Part shown: positions 32,101 through 41,478 of the stretch, piece after piece | Layout of the letters: every line of letters starts with the position of its first letter | How positions within the stretch are numbered: position 1 is the first letter of the stretch | Assembly: GCA_964247615.1 (NCBI GenBank) | Contig: CAXTVC010000001.1 | Span: 21,827-85,826 of the forward strand | Source: an uncultured Acidobacteriaceae bacterium | Lineage (GTDB): Bacteria; Acidobacteriota; Terriglobia; Terriglobales; Acidobacteriaceae | DNA: 64,000 nt | Direction: 5' to 3' | Position numbers and translations under genes: made by a program | The notes under the pieces: generated by a model | Databases searched by the model: none | Told to the model about the DNA's origin: nothing | What the model saw: the letters and a program-made list of their open reading frames with translations, nothing else

Positions 32101-32984
32101 GCAATCCAGTCAGTCGAGTTCAGCTGCGAGGCGCGGGCGAATGTGTACAGCGAACCATGATACGTCGCACCGCCCGACTTACTGATCGCGTTGATCACGA
32201 TGGGACCGTGAGCAGTGTCGGCCGAAAAGCTGGAGGTCTGCACCTTTACTTCAGCGACCTGCTCATAGTTCACGTTCTGCAGCGCGCCACCAAAGGCGCC
32301 GGGATCGGTGATGTCCACACCGTCAGACAACAGGGCCTGACCGTTCACGGGGGTACCATTGGCCGCGTACTGGCCGAGGGCACCTTGCGGACTGACCTGG
32401 GCTGGGTCATAGGGTGTATTGCTGAAGTTGCCAGCGCCACCCTTAGAGATCGCGAAGCCGGGGAGAATCTTGAGCAGTTCGGTAACGTCGCGACCTTCCA
32501 CCGAAAGGTGCTTGATGTCCTCGGAAGAAATCAGCGAGCTCTGCTCTCCGGAGTCGATGTTGATTGTGTTGGCAGCGGTAGTGACCTCCACAACCTGGTT
32601 GGTGCTACCGGGACTCAGCTTGATGTCCCGAACGGAACGCGTGTCACCCGGATCGAGGTGAATACCGGTCTGCGCAAAGGGCGTGAATCCCGTGGCCTTG
32701 ATGGTAATGACGTAGTCGCCCACCGGCAGAGCGGTGAAGTTGAAGGCTCCGGAGTCGTTGCTGACGGAAGAGCGAACGTCCCCCGTTGCGGCGTTCTTGA
32801 CATCAATTTGGGCCTTCGGAATGGAGGCACCGGTAGCATCGGTCACGATGCCACCCAGCGTGGCCGTAGTGGCCTGTGCGTAAGCGGCCGGCGTCAGGCG
32901 AACCATGCCCGATGGGACCAGTAAACACGTCGAGAGCACTCCCGACCCGACCAATGCGCGCTTTATGCTGCGTCTCGTTTTCAT
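29163..32984 (-). CDS. Oar-like TonB-dependent receptor with carboxypeptidase-regulatory N-domain
   Basis: Signal peptide ending AYA; GxVTDATGA.IP; KSGG..YHG; ends LRFDF. Start may be 33014. Confidence 0.92.
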   Translation of the reverse strand: MKTRRSIKRALVGSGVLSTCLLVPSGMVRLTPAAYAQATTATLGGIVTDATGASIPKAQIDVKNAATGDVRSSVSNDSGAFNFTALPVGDYVITIKATGFTPFAQTGIHLDPGDTRSVRDIKLSPGSTNQVVEVTTAANTINIDSGEQSSLISSEDIKHLSVEGRDVTELLKILPGFAISKGGAGNFSNTPYDPAQVSPQGALGQYAANGTPVNGQALLSDGVDITDPGAFGGALQNVNYEQVAEVKVQTSSFSADTAHGPIVINAISKSGGATYHGSLYTFARASQLNSTDWIAKYSGQSKPPDRYVYPGFTFGGPIQVPGTKFGASKKLTFFVGAEDYAQRNAYAYGDAAAATLTALVPTAGMRTGDFSQGQLQQYLGAAYGVTTDGSACTYNGSASGNIPNANICRVPVTGPQGQTLVNGNIAPYLDPFGKIALNQMPLPNTTSNGTYNWITTNLINNNLWQARGRVDYAASDKDKIFGSYSIEKGSSSVPQNEYYSARGNLGGINVPGGGLLSPVSSHVASLNYTHIFGPSLTNEFYVAGAYFAQSFVAKDQAAIANNPYKGVFDNGSTVQPTLEDYGNDGLPLLRTPDTSFGGIFAKKQVRIAGDNVSKVIGKHSFKAGVFYQYDSNPQIAPFVNTNGTIAQYYIGETFQDKVAGLVHSTGPVGSGNGGNYLADFAEGQIFQYSQSNIAPEPNLYFWNLAGYVQDHWRLASRFTVDVGVRFEHMTPWQDSHNQGVAVFRPADYDAGVNSALLPGVQWHGINSSIPNGGRPTRWGFVEPRAGFSWDVTGQGKTVVRGGFGIYRAHDAYNDASNQSGTVIGSRNVTVNGPLLLSSVSSFASQYSSATFVPDSNVYAFDPTDDETPRVRTYNLSVDQQMPGKMLLEISYVGNSSDKLLNDGSTQNTVLDDLNSLPVGALYGPQPKTGKLFPLFGPATPPSSNNYSIGSLDQATIDSFKRFPTYNRVFVPEHNTYSNYNGLQVGLVRQAGPARYNVNYTFSKALGIQGIGGSSTYSYPADPFNYANDYASMPFDRRHIFNASYSYDEGNIVKERYLGIVANGWEISGIFNYQSGPNLPSIINSNFGIQGNVTVPVGAVARVGNNVSTCTTTSGTGGCQIGVSSTNILGTPNVNLQNRIVGQVNQTTGSHQYINGSAFALPALGTNGDYRLPFLPGPGFFNADLTASKRFKITEGLSSQLRVAAFNVLNHANNTFTQVNQANYTLNYSQTSNATDVNTALLSANGGPSTNPQFGYAPLRIGRRIMELGLRFDF

Positions 32985-33161
32985 AGCTGCTTTCTGAGCC
33001 CCTTGTTTCGTCATCACTGCTGAGAGTTGTTTTCAGGCCTACCTTGAAGCACTGTTCGGCCCGTCGAGCAGGGGGAGGCCAGAGAGAGCTCCTGCCGGAG
33101 TTCCCTGCTGACCTCGATCTGCTACAGATCGCTGAGGTGTTTCATTGATGGTCCGAGAGGC

Positions 33162-33191
33162 TTTTTACTCTGCGAGAAAGACGATTGTCAA
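33162..33191 (-). promoter_or_regulatory. Candidate sigma70 promoter overlapped by LacI-like operator
   Basis: Minus strand TTGACA-N18-TAAAAA; TTGACAATCGTCTTTC is an imperfect CG-centred palindrome. Confidence 0.45.
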
Positions 33192-33355
33192 CCAGTCGAA
33201 GAAATTGTTCCCTTTGCGATGAAAGGCGACGTTTACCAATGGAAATGCGCCAAAGGACGGCCATTTCCATCGTGCGGCGGGAGGGTTCCTCTGCAGCCGA
33301 TCCCACCTTCGGGCTCCTGAACGCGGACATTACTTTTCATGCCGCCGTAATCCCG

Positions 33356-35416
33356 CTACCGCTCTTGCAGGACGGCGACTCCGTACTGGGGCAGCTGCAC
33401 GGAAGTGACCTCACCTTTTCCAAGCACATCCGTCATCGCCTTCGGCAGGGTCACGGTCTGCACTGTCTCGCCGTAATTCGTCAGCAGGAACACGCGTCTG
33501 CCCTCACCGGAGCGAATGGCCACGTCAACGACGGCTGGCACCCCGGGCAGGATTGCCTGCAGCCCGGCGTCGCCGATCATCCACTGCGCGGCAGCCTGCA
33601 TAGCCGTCGCATCGAGAGCCGCAGCGATGTAAGTGATGGACCCCTTGCCGACCTTCCTTGTCACAGCAGCGGGCTGCCCATCCAACCACCCGTTGCTCTT
33701 GCCATAGCGCATCAGCACCCGGGTCTCGGGCGAGGTCACTTCCAGCTGCTCAGCCCAGACCTTGGTCTCGGACGTGCCCCAGTCCCCACTCACCGGAACC
33801 GTCGTATCCAGGGCATACCACTGGGCCACGCGCGCACCCAGGGTGGCCGCAAGTGGGCCGGGCTGCCGTTGCGGCCACAGGCTGTTGTCCTCGTCCTTCA
33901 TGCCGCTTCGCTGCCCCAGCACAAGGTGACCGCCGCCCTTCACATACGCTTCGAGATTGCGTGCCGCCTCCGGCGTAATTACGTTCAACGCGGGCGCCAC
34001 AACCAGCTTGTAGCCGCTGAGCGGCGCCGCGTCCGAGATCACGTCCACCGAGCGCACCAGTCCGTGCAGCGGCCGGTAGAAGCTCATGAAGGACGCAATG
34101 GGATCAAAGGCGCGGTTATGCCGCTGCCAGTTGATCGCCCATCGGCTGGAGTAGTCCTGCAGCACGGCCACGTCAGAGTGCACCGTTGTGCCCGCCAGCG
34201 CCGGCGCCGCCTTCTCGAATTCAGCACCGATCTGCTTTGCCTCCTCGTACAGTGGGACCGGGGTGCCATCCGCGCCGACCAGCGTGCCATGGTATTGCTC
34301 CTGGCCGTTCAGCGCGCTGCGCCACTGCCAGTACTCCACGGCCTCGGAGCCGTGCCCGATCGCGTTCCAGGCCATGGCGCGCACCTCGCCCTTGTTCAGC
34401 GCGTTGTTGTCTGCTGACCAGTTCACAAAGCCGGGCTGCGTCTCCATCACCCAGAAGTTCTTGTGCAGAAATCCACGCGTGAGGTCGTGCCGTGCGCCGT
34501 TCTCCACCGGGTCTACCTGCCCTGTGCCCACGTAATCATCCCAGGAGGCCAGGTCCAGATCCTGCGCCACCGTGTAGTGGTCGTAGCCGTCAAACCACCC
34601 CATCATGTTCGTCGTAATGAACTGCCGTTTGTCGGCGTTGGCGCGGATCACGTCCAGCTGATTGCGCTGGTAGCTGCGCCAGGTATCGGAGACGAATTGC
34701 TTCCAGTTCAGCAGCAGGCCCGGGTTGCCTCCCTTTTCTTCAATAGGGACCTGCGACCAGTCCTGGTACGTTTCACTCCAGTACGAGGTCGTCCAACGCG
34801 TGTTGAGGTTGTCGAGCGTTTTGTATTTCGCCTTGAGCCACTGCGCGAACTGGACCTGCGTCGTCGGCCCATAGCTTTCGCCGGAGTATTCGTTGTCGAT
34901 CTGCCAGCCGATCACGTCCGGATCATGTCCGAAGCGCTCGGCCATCTTGGACGCCATCAGCCTGGACAGCTCGCGATACTTTGGGTCGCTCCAATCGAAC
35001 TGCTGGCGATTGCCATGCTCATCCTTGCGCCCGTCGTCCATGGTCCGCAGCGTCTGGGGATACTTCTGCGTCAGCCACGCGGGCGGCGCCGCGCTGGGTG
35101 TGCCAATCACCACGGAGATGCCGTGTTTTTCGGCCAGGCGCACCGCGCGGTACAGCCACTCCAGCTGGAAATTGCCTTCTGTGGGCTCCATGCTGCTCCA
35201 GGCAAACTCGCCCACGCGCACCAGGTTGATGTGGGCATCCTGCATCAGTTGCAGATCAGCATCCCAGCGAGCCTCCGGCCATTGTTCCGGGTACCAGGCC
35301 GCGCCGAGCATGAGCGCCGGCTTACGCGGGGCAGGCGGTAGCGGCTGCTGCGGGGCAGCAAGCGAAGGGAGGGCGAGGCCTAGGGCAGCAACGGCTGTTT
35401 GAAAGCGTTTTCTCAT
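33356..35416 (-). CDS. GH42 beta-galactosidase with signal peptide
   Basis: YPEQW, EFAWS, QIDNE (acid/base), VMETQ (nucleophile), EQYHG; trimerisation domain. Confidence 0.93.
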   Translation of the reverse strand: MRKRFQTAVAALGLALPSLAAPQQPLPPAPRKPALMLGAAWYPEQWPEARWDADLQLMQDAHINLVRVGEFAWSSMEPTEGNFQLEWLYRAVRLAEKHGISVVIGTPSAAPPAWLTQKYPQTLRTMDDGRKDEHGNRQQFDWSDPKYRELSRLMASKMAERFGHDPDVIGWQIDNEYSGESYGPTTQVQFAQWLKAKYKTLDNLNTRWTTSYWSETYQDWSQVPIEEKGGNPGLLLNWKQFVSDTWRSYQRNQLDVIRANADKRQFITTNMMGWFDGYDHYTVAQDLDLASWDDYVGTGQVDPVENGARHDLTRGFLHKNFWVMETQPGFVNWSADNNALNKGEVRAMAWNAIGHGSEAVEYWQWRSALNGQEQYHGTLVGADGTPVPLYEEAKQIGAEFEKAAPALAGTTVHSDVAVLQDYSSRWAINWQRHNRAFDPIASFMSFYRPLHGLVRSVDVISDAAPLSGYKLVVAPALNVITPEAARNLEAYVKGGGHLVLGQRSGMKDEDNSLWPQRQPGPLAATLGARVAQWYALDTTVPVSGDWGTSETKVWAEQLEVTSPETRVLMRYGKSNGWLDGQPAAVTRKVGKGSITYIAAALDATAMQAAAQWMIGDAGLQAILPGVPAVVDVAIRSGEGRRVFLLTNYGETVQTVTLPKAMTDVLGKGEVTSVQLPQYGVAVLQER

Positions 35417-35434
35417 GGTTAAAGCGCAATCTAA
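35400..35434. promoter_or_regulatory. Two LacI-like operator candidates flanking the GH42 start codon
   Basis: TGAAAGCGTTTTCT (35400-35413) and TTAAAGCGCAATCTAA (35419-35434). Confidence 0.4.
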
Positions 35435-35509
35435 CAGGATCATCGGGCTATCGTCGCGCGCTGGAGGCTGGCCCCTTCAGAATCCTGCCCTCCGGCATCC
35501 AAACAAACC

Positions 35510-36397
35510 GTGCCCTCTCACCTGATCGTGAATGCCGACGATTTCGGCTTGACCCACGGCATCAATCGCGCGATCTGCGAGCTGCACGATGCTGGCGCGG
35601 TCACTTCGGCGACTCTGATGGCGGCAGGCCCTGCCTTTGACGATGCCGTTATCCTTGCACGGGAGCGGCCGGGCCTCGGCGTGGGCTGTCATGTGGTCCT
35701 TACCGATGGCATTCCCGTCTCCCCGCCGCGCTCTATCCCAAGCCTGCTCGCCAGCGATGGCTTCACCTTCCGCCCTAAGCTGTACGCCTTTCTGACAGCG
35801 CTGCTCACTCATCAGATCGATACAGACGATGTTGAACGGGAGGCCATCGCCCAGATCCGGCGCATCCAGAACGCAGGCCTCACGGTGACGCACCTGGACA
35901 CGCACAAGCACACGCACCTGCTGCCGAGGGTGCTGAAGCCTCTGCTGCGAGCTGCGCTTCGCACGGGTGTCTCCGCGATTCGCAACCCGTTCGAGCAGCC
36001 CTGGGCGTTTCCCCTGTCCAACGGCACCGCGGCGCGCACCTCGCAGCTGCGGCTGGTGCAGCTGTTGAAGCGGCAGTTTCTACGCCAGCCGGAGATCCGC
36101 TCCCGGCACATTCGCTCTACAGATGGCACCATCGGCGTCTCCGCTACCGGTCATCTGGACGAGACCACCCTGCGCAACCTGCTAGGGGCGCTGCCGGAGG
36201 GCACATGGGAGCTTGTCTGCCATCCGGGGTACAACGACCGCGAGCTCGATGAGGTCGCGACACGGCTTCGCGCCTCGCGGGAGATTGAGCGGGAGGCGTT
36301 GCTGTCGGTCCTGGCGAATGGGGCCAACGGCCACCCTCTCTCGGGCAACCCGCACCTTTCACATCCCGCACTCATCCATTACGGCAGTCTCGCGTAG
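35510..36397 (+). CDS. ChbG/HpnK (YdjC) family deacetylase
   Basis: LIVNADDFG, GCH, HLDTHKH, ELVCHPG. Confidence 0.92.
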   Translation: MPSHLIVNADDFGLTHGINRAICELHDAGAVTSATLMAAGPAFDDAVILARERPGLGVGCHVVLTDGIPVSPPRSIPSLLASDGFTFRPKLYAFLTALLTHQIDTDDVEREAIAQIRRIQNAGLTVTHLDTHKHTHLLPRVLKPLLRAALRTGVSAIRNPFEQPWAFPLSNGTAARTSQLRLVQLLKRQFLRQPEIRSRHIRSTDGTIGVSATGHLDETTLRNLLGALPEGTWELVCHPGYNDRELDEVATRLRASREIEREALLSVLANGANGHPLSGNPHLSHPALIHYGSLA

Positions 36398-36457
36398 TCT
36401 TTCTATCGTTCGATAACCAGGCACAGGGCGACGCGCCCTAACGTAAGGGCACGGCTC

Positions 36458-37603
36458 ATGAAAATCGGTATCACCTGCTACCCCACCTACGGTGGCTCCG
36501 GCGTTGTCGCCACGGAGCTCGGCATCGAGCTTGCAGCCCGCGGCCATGAGGTCCACTTCATTACCTACTCGCAGCCCTTCCGGCTCACCGGGCGCGAGCG
36601 CGGCATCTTTTATCACGAGGTCCCGGTCTCGAATTACCCGCTCTTCGAGTACCCCCCCTATGACCTGGCGCTCGCCAGCCGCATGGCTGAGGTCGCTGAG
36701 CTGTATAAGCTCGATTTGCTGCACGTGCACTACGCCATCCCGCACTCGGTCAGTGCCCTGCTCGCGCGTGACATGCTGGCCCTGCGTGGCGTGCGCCTGC
36801 CGTTCATCACCACGCTGCACGGCACAGACATCACCCTGGTTGGCCTCGACCGCTCGTACCTGCCGATCACGCGGTACGGCATCGAACGCTCGGACGGCGT
36901 CACGGCCATCTCCGCTCACCTTCGCGAGCGCACCGAAGAAGCCTTTGGCATTACGCGGCCTATCGAGGTCGTGCGCAACTTCGTGAACTGCGACGTCTAC
37001 GAGCGGGACCCGGCGCTGTACGCCGAGCAACGTCCACGCTACGCGGCCCCCGACGAGCGTCTCCTGGTGCACCTCTCCAACTTTCGCCCAGTCAAGCGCG
37101 TGCTGGACGTCGTCGAGGTCTTCGCGCAGGTGGCTCAGGCCATGCCTGCGCGCCTGCTGATGATCGGCGATGGCCCGGACCGTTCTGCGGCCGAGTTCCT
37201 GGCCATGCGTCACGGCGTGCTTGACCGCACGCACTTCGTGGGCAAGCAGGACAACGTGCACGAGCTGCTCGCGCTCGCGGACCTGATGATCATGCCGTCG
37301 GAGATGGAGAGCTTCGGCCTGGCAGCACTGGAGGCAATGGCCTGTTGCGTGCCAAGCATCGCGACGCGGGTTGGCGGCGTGCCCGAGCTGATCGAAGACG
37401 GCACCAACGGCCTGTTGTTCCCCGTGGGAGACACGACAGCCATGGCGAAGGCAGCCATTGCGCTGCTCCTTGATGACGATCGCCTGCAAGCCATGGCGAA
37501 CGCTGGTCGACGGCACGCGCAGCAACACTTCTGTACCACCCGCATCATTCCGCTCTACGAGGCGTTCTACAAGAAGGTCATGGCGCAACCTGTTTTACCT
37601 TAG
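36458..37603 (+). CDS. bshA: N-acetyl-alpha-D-glucosaminyl L-malate synthase (bacillithiol)
   Basis: MKIGITCYPTYGGSGVVATELG, HVHYAIPH, TTLHGTD, HLSNFRPVKR, ESFGLAALEA. Confidence 0.93.
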   Translation: MKIGITCYPTYGGSGVVATELGIELAARGHEVHFITYSQPFRLTGRERGIFYHEVPVSNYPLFEYPPYDLALASRMAEVAELYKLDLLHVHYAIPHSVSALLARDMLALRGVRLPFITTLHGTDITLVGLDRSYLPITRYGIERSDGVTAISAHLRERTEEAFGITRPIEVVRNFVNCDVYERDPALYAEQRPRYAAPDERLLVHLSNFRPVKRVLDVVEVFAQVAQAMPARLLMIGDGPDRSAAEFLAMRHGVLDRTHFVGKQDNVHELLALADLMIMPSEMESFGLAALEAMACCVPSIATRVGGVPELIEDGTNGLLFPVGDTTAMAKAAIALLLDDDRLQAMANAGRRHAQQHFCTTRIIPLYEAFYKKVMAQPVLP

Positions 37604-37774
37604 AGGCTTACTTTAAGGATGGAACTGAAGCGTTCGGGACGTTCGTCCTTAACTGCCATCCCAGGCCACTCAGGTTGATACCTCAGGTTCCCATCGTGAC
37701 GTCGCTCTTTGTACACAGGCGTGCGGAGCCTATGCTTAGGCTCACGTGCCGCCTCCGCCGCGCGAGGAGATCCC

Positions 37775-38725
37775 ATGAAGCGCCCCGCCCTCACGCCAAT
37801 GTTTTCGGTCCTGATCCTGCCTTTCCTCGCGATCGCCGCGCCGGCACAGCAGGTGACCGGAATAGCGCATCCGGAGCAGCTCGCAGATCCCTCGGTCTCC
37901 TCAGACCACTACGTGAAGCCATCGCAGGCCAACGCCTCGGCGCCCGCATACCAGGAGAGTTACCCGGCCACGGTCTCGGAGCCACGCCTTTTGAACCGGG
38001 GGTCGGACACCCCCGCCCCGATTGTCGAAGCCGCGCCTGCCCCGCCCTCCGCCTCCAGTCAATATGTTCCATACAAGTCCGGCGCCGCGGTGGAAACGGC
38101 AGCGGTGACCCCGACATACAGCGCTGCCGACCCAAGCGACGGGCAGATCGTCACCGAAGTCCCGGGCCGCCCGCACGAACTCAACCGCGGCACCCTGCTG
38201 CGCGCTCGTCTTCGAGAAACGCTGAACACCCGAAGCACGGCCGAAGGCGCGGTCTTTACTGCGGAGTTGCTCGCCGATGTGGGTCATCACGGCGAGGTCA
38301 TGCTGCCGGCTGGTTCACTCATTCGCGGCCATGTTGCCTCGGTGCACGGTGGCAAGCGCATCGGCGGAACCGCCTCCATGCGACTACGCCCCGAGACCGT
38401 CTCCCTTCCCGATGGCACTCTCTACCACCTCGACGCACAGGTGACAGACCTCGACGGCACGGAAGAGGTTCGCGTCAACGATGAAGGGACGGTGGTGCTT
38501 CGGACGCACCCCAAGGCAATGGCAGCTGTGCTCGGTGGCGTCACGGCAACCGCAGCGGTGACAGGGGCTGTCATCGGCGGCGGCGTGGGCGCAGCTGTGG
38601 GAGCCATCGCGGGTGCGGGCGTAGCCACTGCCTGGTGGCTGAAGCGCGACGTACAGGAAACCCTGCCCGCCGGCACCAATCTCTTCTTCGCTCTGGAACA
38701 ACCGCTGACGATCTCGCCTCGGTAA
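37775..38725 (+). CDS. Exported hypothetical protein with TrbI/VirB10-like region and glycine zipper
   Basis: GAGGAG RBS; signal peptide; GT.L..RL..TLNT and LPAGS..RG patterns; Gly/Ala-rich hairpin. Confidence 0.65.
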   Translation: MKRPALTPMFSVLILPFLAIAAPAQQVTGIAHPEQLADPSVSSDHYVKPSQANASAPAYQESYPATVSEPRLLNRGSDTPAPIVEAAPAPPSASSQYVPYKSGAAVETAAVTPTYSAADPSDGQIVTEVPGRPHELNRGTLLRARLRETLNTRSTAEGAVFTAELLADVGHHGEVMLPAGSLIRGHVASVHGGKRIGGTASMRLRPETVSLPDGTLYHLDAQVTDLDGTEEVRVNDEGTVVLRTHPKAMAAVLGGVTATAAVTGAVIGGGVGAAVGAIAGAGVATAWWLKRDVQETLPAGTNLFFALEQPLTISPR

Positions 38726-38775
38726 GTTCATCACCGTTAGAACACCCGGAATGACAACGGCGTCCAGGAGCAGGA

Positions 38776-41253
38776 TTAGCGAATGACCTGGGCCAGCAGG
38801 CGACGCCAGTTTTTCTGGTTTCTGCGAAAGCTCTTCTTCAGGTCATCCAGCGAGCGCTGGAAGTCGTGGTTGTCACTCATCCCGCGCCAGGCTGGATTGA
38901 TGCTGAACCATGGGTAGTTCTCATTCCCCAGGTAGATCGCCCGCCGCAACCAGTGCAGGGCTTCACTCTCGTCGCCCTCAACGGCGAAATAGGTTGCGAG
39001 CCGGTAAGCCATCTCACTGTCGGCCTCGGCCGCGCCCAGGACGTCTTCCCGAATGAACTCCGCTGCGCGCTTGCGGTCGCCAAGCTGTACGTAGCACATG
39101 GCTATGGTCGGGAAGACGATCCGCATCGAGGGATCGTCGTGCACCACCCCTTCCAGGGTGTTAATGGCCTTGGAGAGCTGCCCAAGACGCATCTGCTGAT
39201 AGCCGCTGGAGATGCGCAGCAGGGGCTGGCGAGGCTCCAGTGTCAGGCCCTTTTCGATCTCATCGCCGGCGATCTCCAGCTGATTCTGGTACTGGTAGAC
39301 CCTCGCACGATGGTTGTAGATCATCGCGGCGTTGGTCGGATTCAGTCGCAGGGATTGGTTGAACTGATCGAGCGCCTCTTCATACATGCCATCGATGCGT
39401 AGCGTCAGACCTGCTACCAGGTGCACGTTCCAGTCATTGCCCGCGTCCTGCAGAAGGTGCTCAATACCATGGCGGGCACTCTCCTTCTCACCACGCGAGA
39501 GCAGCATGTACACCCTGTACAGGTTGGCTTCCGCAGACGCCGCGTCGCGTTCCAACGCTTTATCGAACGCGCGCCGCGCCTCCAGCACATGCATCTGGCC
39601 GCCCAGGCCGTGCCGGGCATACTGCAGATGTGTGATGCCCAGGCCAGTCCACCCGGGGGCATAGCCAGGATCATGCGCCGTCACACGCTCAAACATGCGG
39701 CGCGCCCGCTCCAGCTCATCGCGGCTGCCGGTGCGGTTCATGAACGAGGACAGCAGCGCTCGCGCCTGCAGGTATTCTTCGCTGGCCGCGTCGCCCAGGG
39801 CCGGCTGCCGGGCGCCATCGCTGACATTGCCCTGCAGGGCGCCGGCGCCGCGGAGCTCTGCAAAGACCTCATCGCAGATCTCCGTCTGCACGGCCACCAG
39901 GTCGAAGCTCGCAACGCTGATCGAGCCTCCGGTACGCACCCGCTCACCGCGAATGTCGAGCATCTGCCAGTTGAGGTCAAAGCCGCTCTCCGAGCGCAGA
40001 AAGCTGCCGGCCAGAACGAAATCAACGAGCAGCTTGCGCCCAATCGCCAGGGGATCCATCTGGCGCGCGTTGACGTGCATCAGGGAGCTGGAAGGGCGCA
40101 CGACCAACGACGGCACCTTGGCCAGGCGCGCGCCCAGGGCATCGGCCAGCGCGGCTCCGTAGAAGGGTGTCGCGTCGCTCTTGCCCAGGTTAGCGAACGG
40201 CAGAACGACGATCGTCGTTCGGCGATCGCCGGTCTCGCTGGGGCTGGCATCCCGAAAGCGCTCGGCAAGCATGGACAGAATGCCGGTAGCGCGCTTCTCT
40301 TCCTCCGGCGTCTGCATGTCCAGCTGTTGCTGCTGCGCCATTGAGTTGGCATTGTTGCCCGGCATCACCGAAACATCGAGACGCAGAGAGTTCAGTACCG
40401 TTTTCAACGCCTCACGCGCATCCGCTGCCGAAGCGAATCTCTCGGTAGGCTGCTTTTCCAGGCAGCGATAGATGACGCTTTCAAGTTCGCTGGCGATGTC
40501 CGGGATGATCTCCCGCAGATTGGGCGGAGACGCGAACTGGATGGCCCGGATGCTTTGTAACTCCTGCGCATCTGCCTTGTGGAACGGATGCCGCCCGCTG
40601 ACCAGCTCATACAGCAGAACGCCCAACGCAAAGATGTCGCTGCGCACACTGCTCTGCCCCGTGACGAACTGTTCGGGGGCCATGTAGGCGATGGTGCCGC
40701 CGCGGGCGGTGTAAGTGGCATCGGGGAAGATGGCCGTCTCGGGTACAGACGGCGTCGTCGGGTCGAAGTCCACCTGCTCACGCTTCAACTGCCGGGCCAG
40801 GCCAAAGTCCAGAATCTTGATCAGGCCGCCGTCGGTCAACATGACATTCGCCGGCTTCAGGTCACGATGAAAGATGCCCAGGTTGTGGGCTGCCTGCAGG
40901 CCATCGGAGATCTGCATGCCACTGGAAAGAACGAGTTCGACACTTGCAGGTCCCTCGGCGATGACTTTGTCGAGACTCTTGCCGGGGATGTACTGCATGA
41001 CGATGTAGGCTTCATCGTCCTCTTCGCCCACCTCGTAGATGGAGCAGACATTGGGATGGTCGATGGCGGAGGCCAGGCGTGCTTCGCGCAGCTGCGTCGC
41101 GCGCATCTGCTCCGGTGTTTGACTGCCCCGTTTCAGGAGCTTCAACACCACGGGCCTCTGCAACAGGGTGTCGTTGGCCAGGAAGACCACACCGCTGCCG
41201 CCTGAGCCGATCTTGCGCAGAAATTCGTAGTGGCGAATGACACGCCGCTTCAT
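38776..41253 (-). CDS. Hanks-type Ser/Thr kinase with TolB-N-like and TPR domains
   Basis: GSGGSG, VLK, HRDLKPAN, DFG, APE; IVVLPFAN; C-terminal TPRs; no obvious TM helix. Confidence 0.93.
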   Translation of the reverse strand: MKRRVIRHYEFLRKIGSGGSGVVFLANDTLLQRPVVLKLLKRGSQTPEQMRATQLREARLASAIDHPNVCSIYEVGEEDDEAYIVMQYIPGKSLDKVIAEGPASVELVLSSGMQISDGLQAAHNLGIFHRDLKPANVMLTDGGLIKILDFGLARQLKREQVDFDPTTPSVPETAIFPDATYTARGGTIAYMAPEQFVTGQSSVRSDIFALGVLLYELVSGRHPFHKADAQELQSIRAIQFASPPNLREIIPDIASELESVIYRCLEKQPTERFASAADAREALKTVLNSLRLDVSVMPGNNANSMAQQQQLDMQTPEEEKRATGILSMLAERFRDASPSETGDRRTTIVVLPFANLGKSDATPFYGAALADALGARLAKVPSLVVRPSSSLMHVNARQMDPLAIGRKLLVDFVLAGSFLRSESGFDLNWQMLDIRGERVRTGGSISVASFDLVAVQTEICDEVFAELRGAGALQGNVSDGARQPALGDAASEEYLQARALLSSFMNRTGSRDELERARRMFERVTAHDPGYAPGWTGLGITHLQYARHGLGGQMHVLEARRAFDKALERDAASAEANLYRVYMLLSRGEKESARHGIEHLLQDAGNDWNVHLVAGLTLRIDGMYEEALDQFNQSLRLNPTNAAMIYNHRARVYQYQNQLEIAGDEIEKGLTLEPRQPLLRISSGYQQMRLGQLSKAINTLEGVVHDDPSMRIVFPTIAMCYVQLGDRKRAAEFIREDVLGAAEADSEMAYRLATYFAVEGDESEALHWLRRAIYLGNENYPWFSINPAWRGMSDNHDFQRSLDDLKKSFRRNQKNWRRLLAQVIR

Positions 41254-41478
41254 AAATCCATTATCGCAGGGACGGTTGGAAGTGGAAGAGGACGAGGACG
41301 ACATCCGCGGCGTCTCTGGACCAGCGAAGGAACCAGCGAACTTTCAGCCGTGTTCATCATGATCTTCCACCATCGCAAGCAGCGTTTCGGACGACCTGCG
41401 CATCGTAGTGCCCAAAGCCTGAAGCAAAGACAATGTTTGGCCGGTCCACGGCCCCTAGACCACAAATGACCGGACGGC

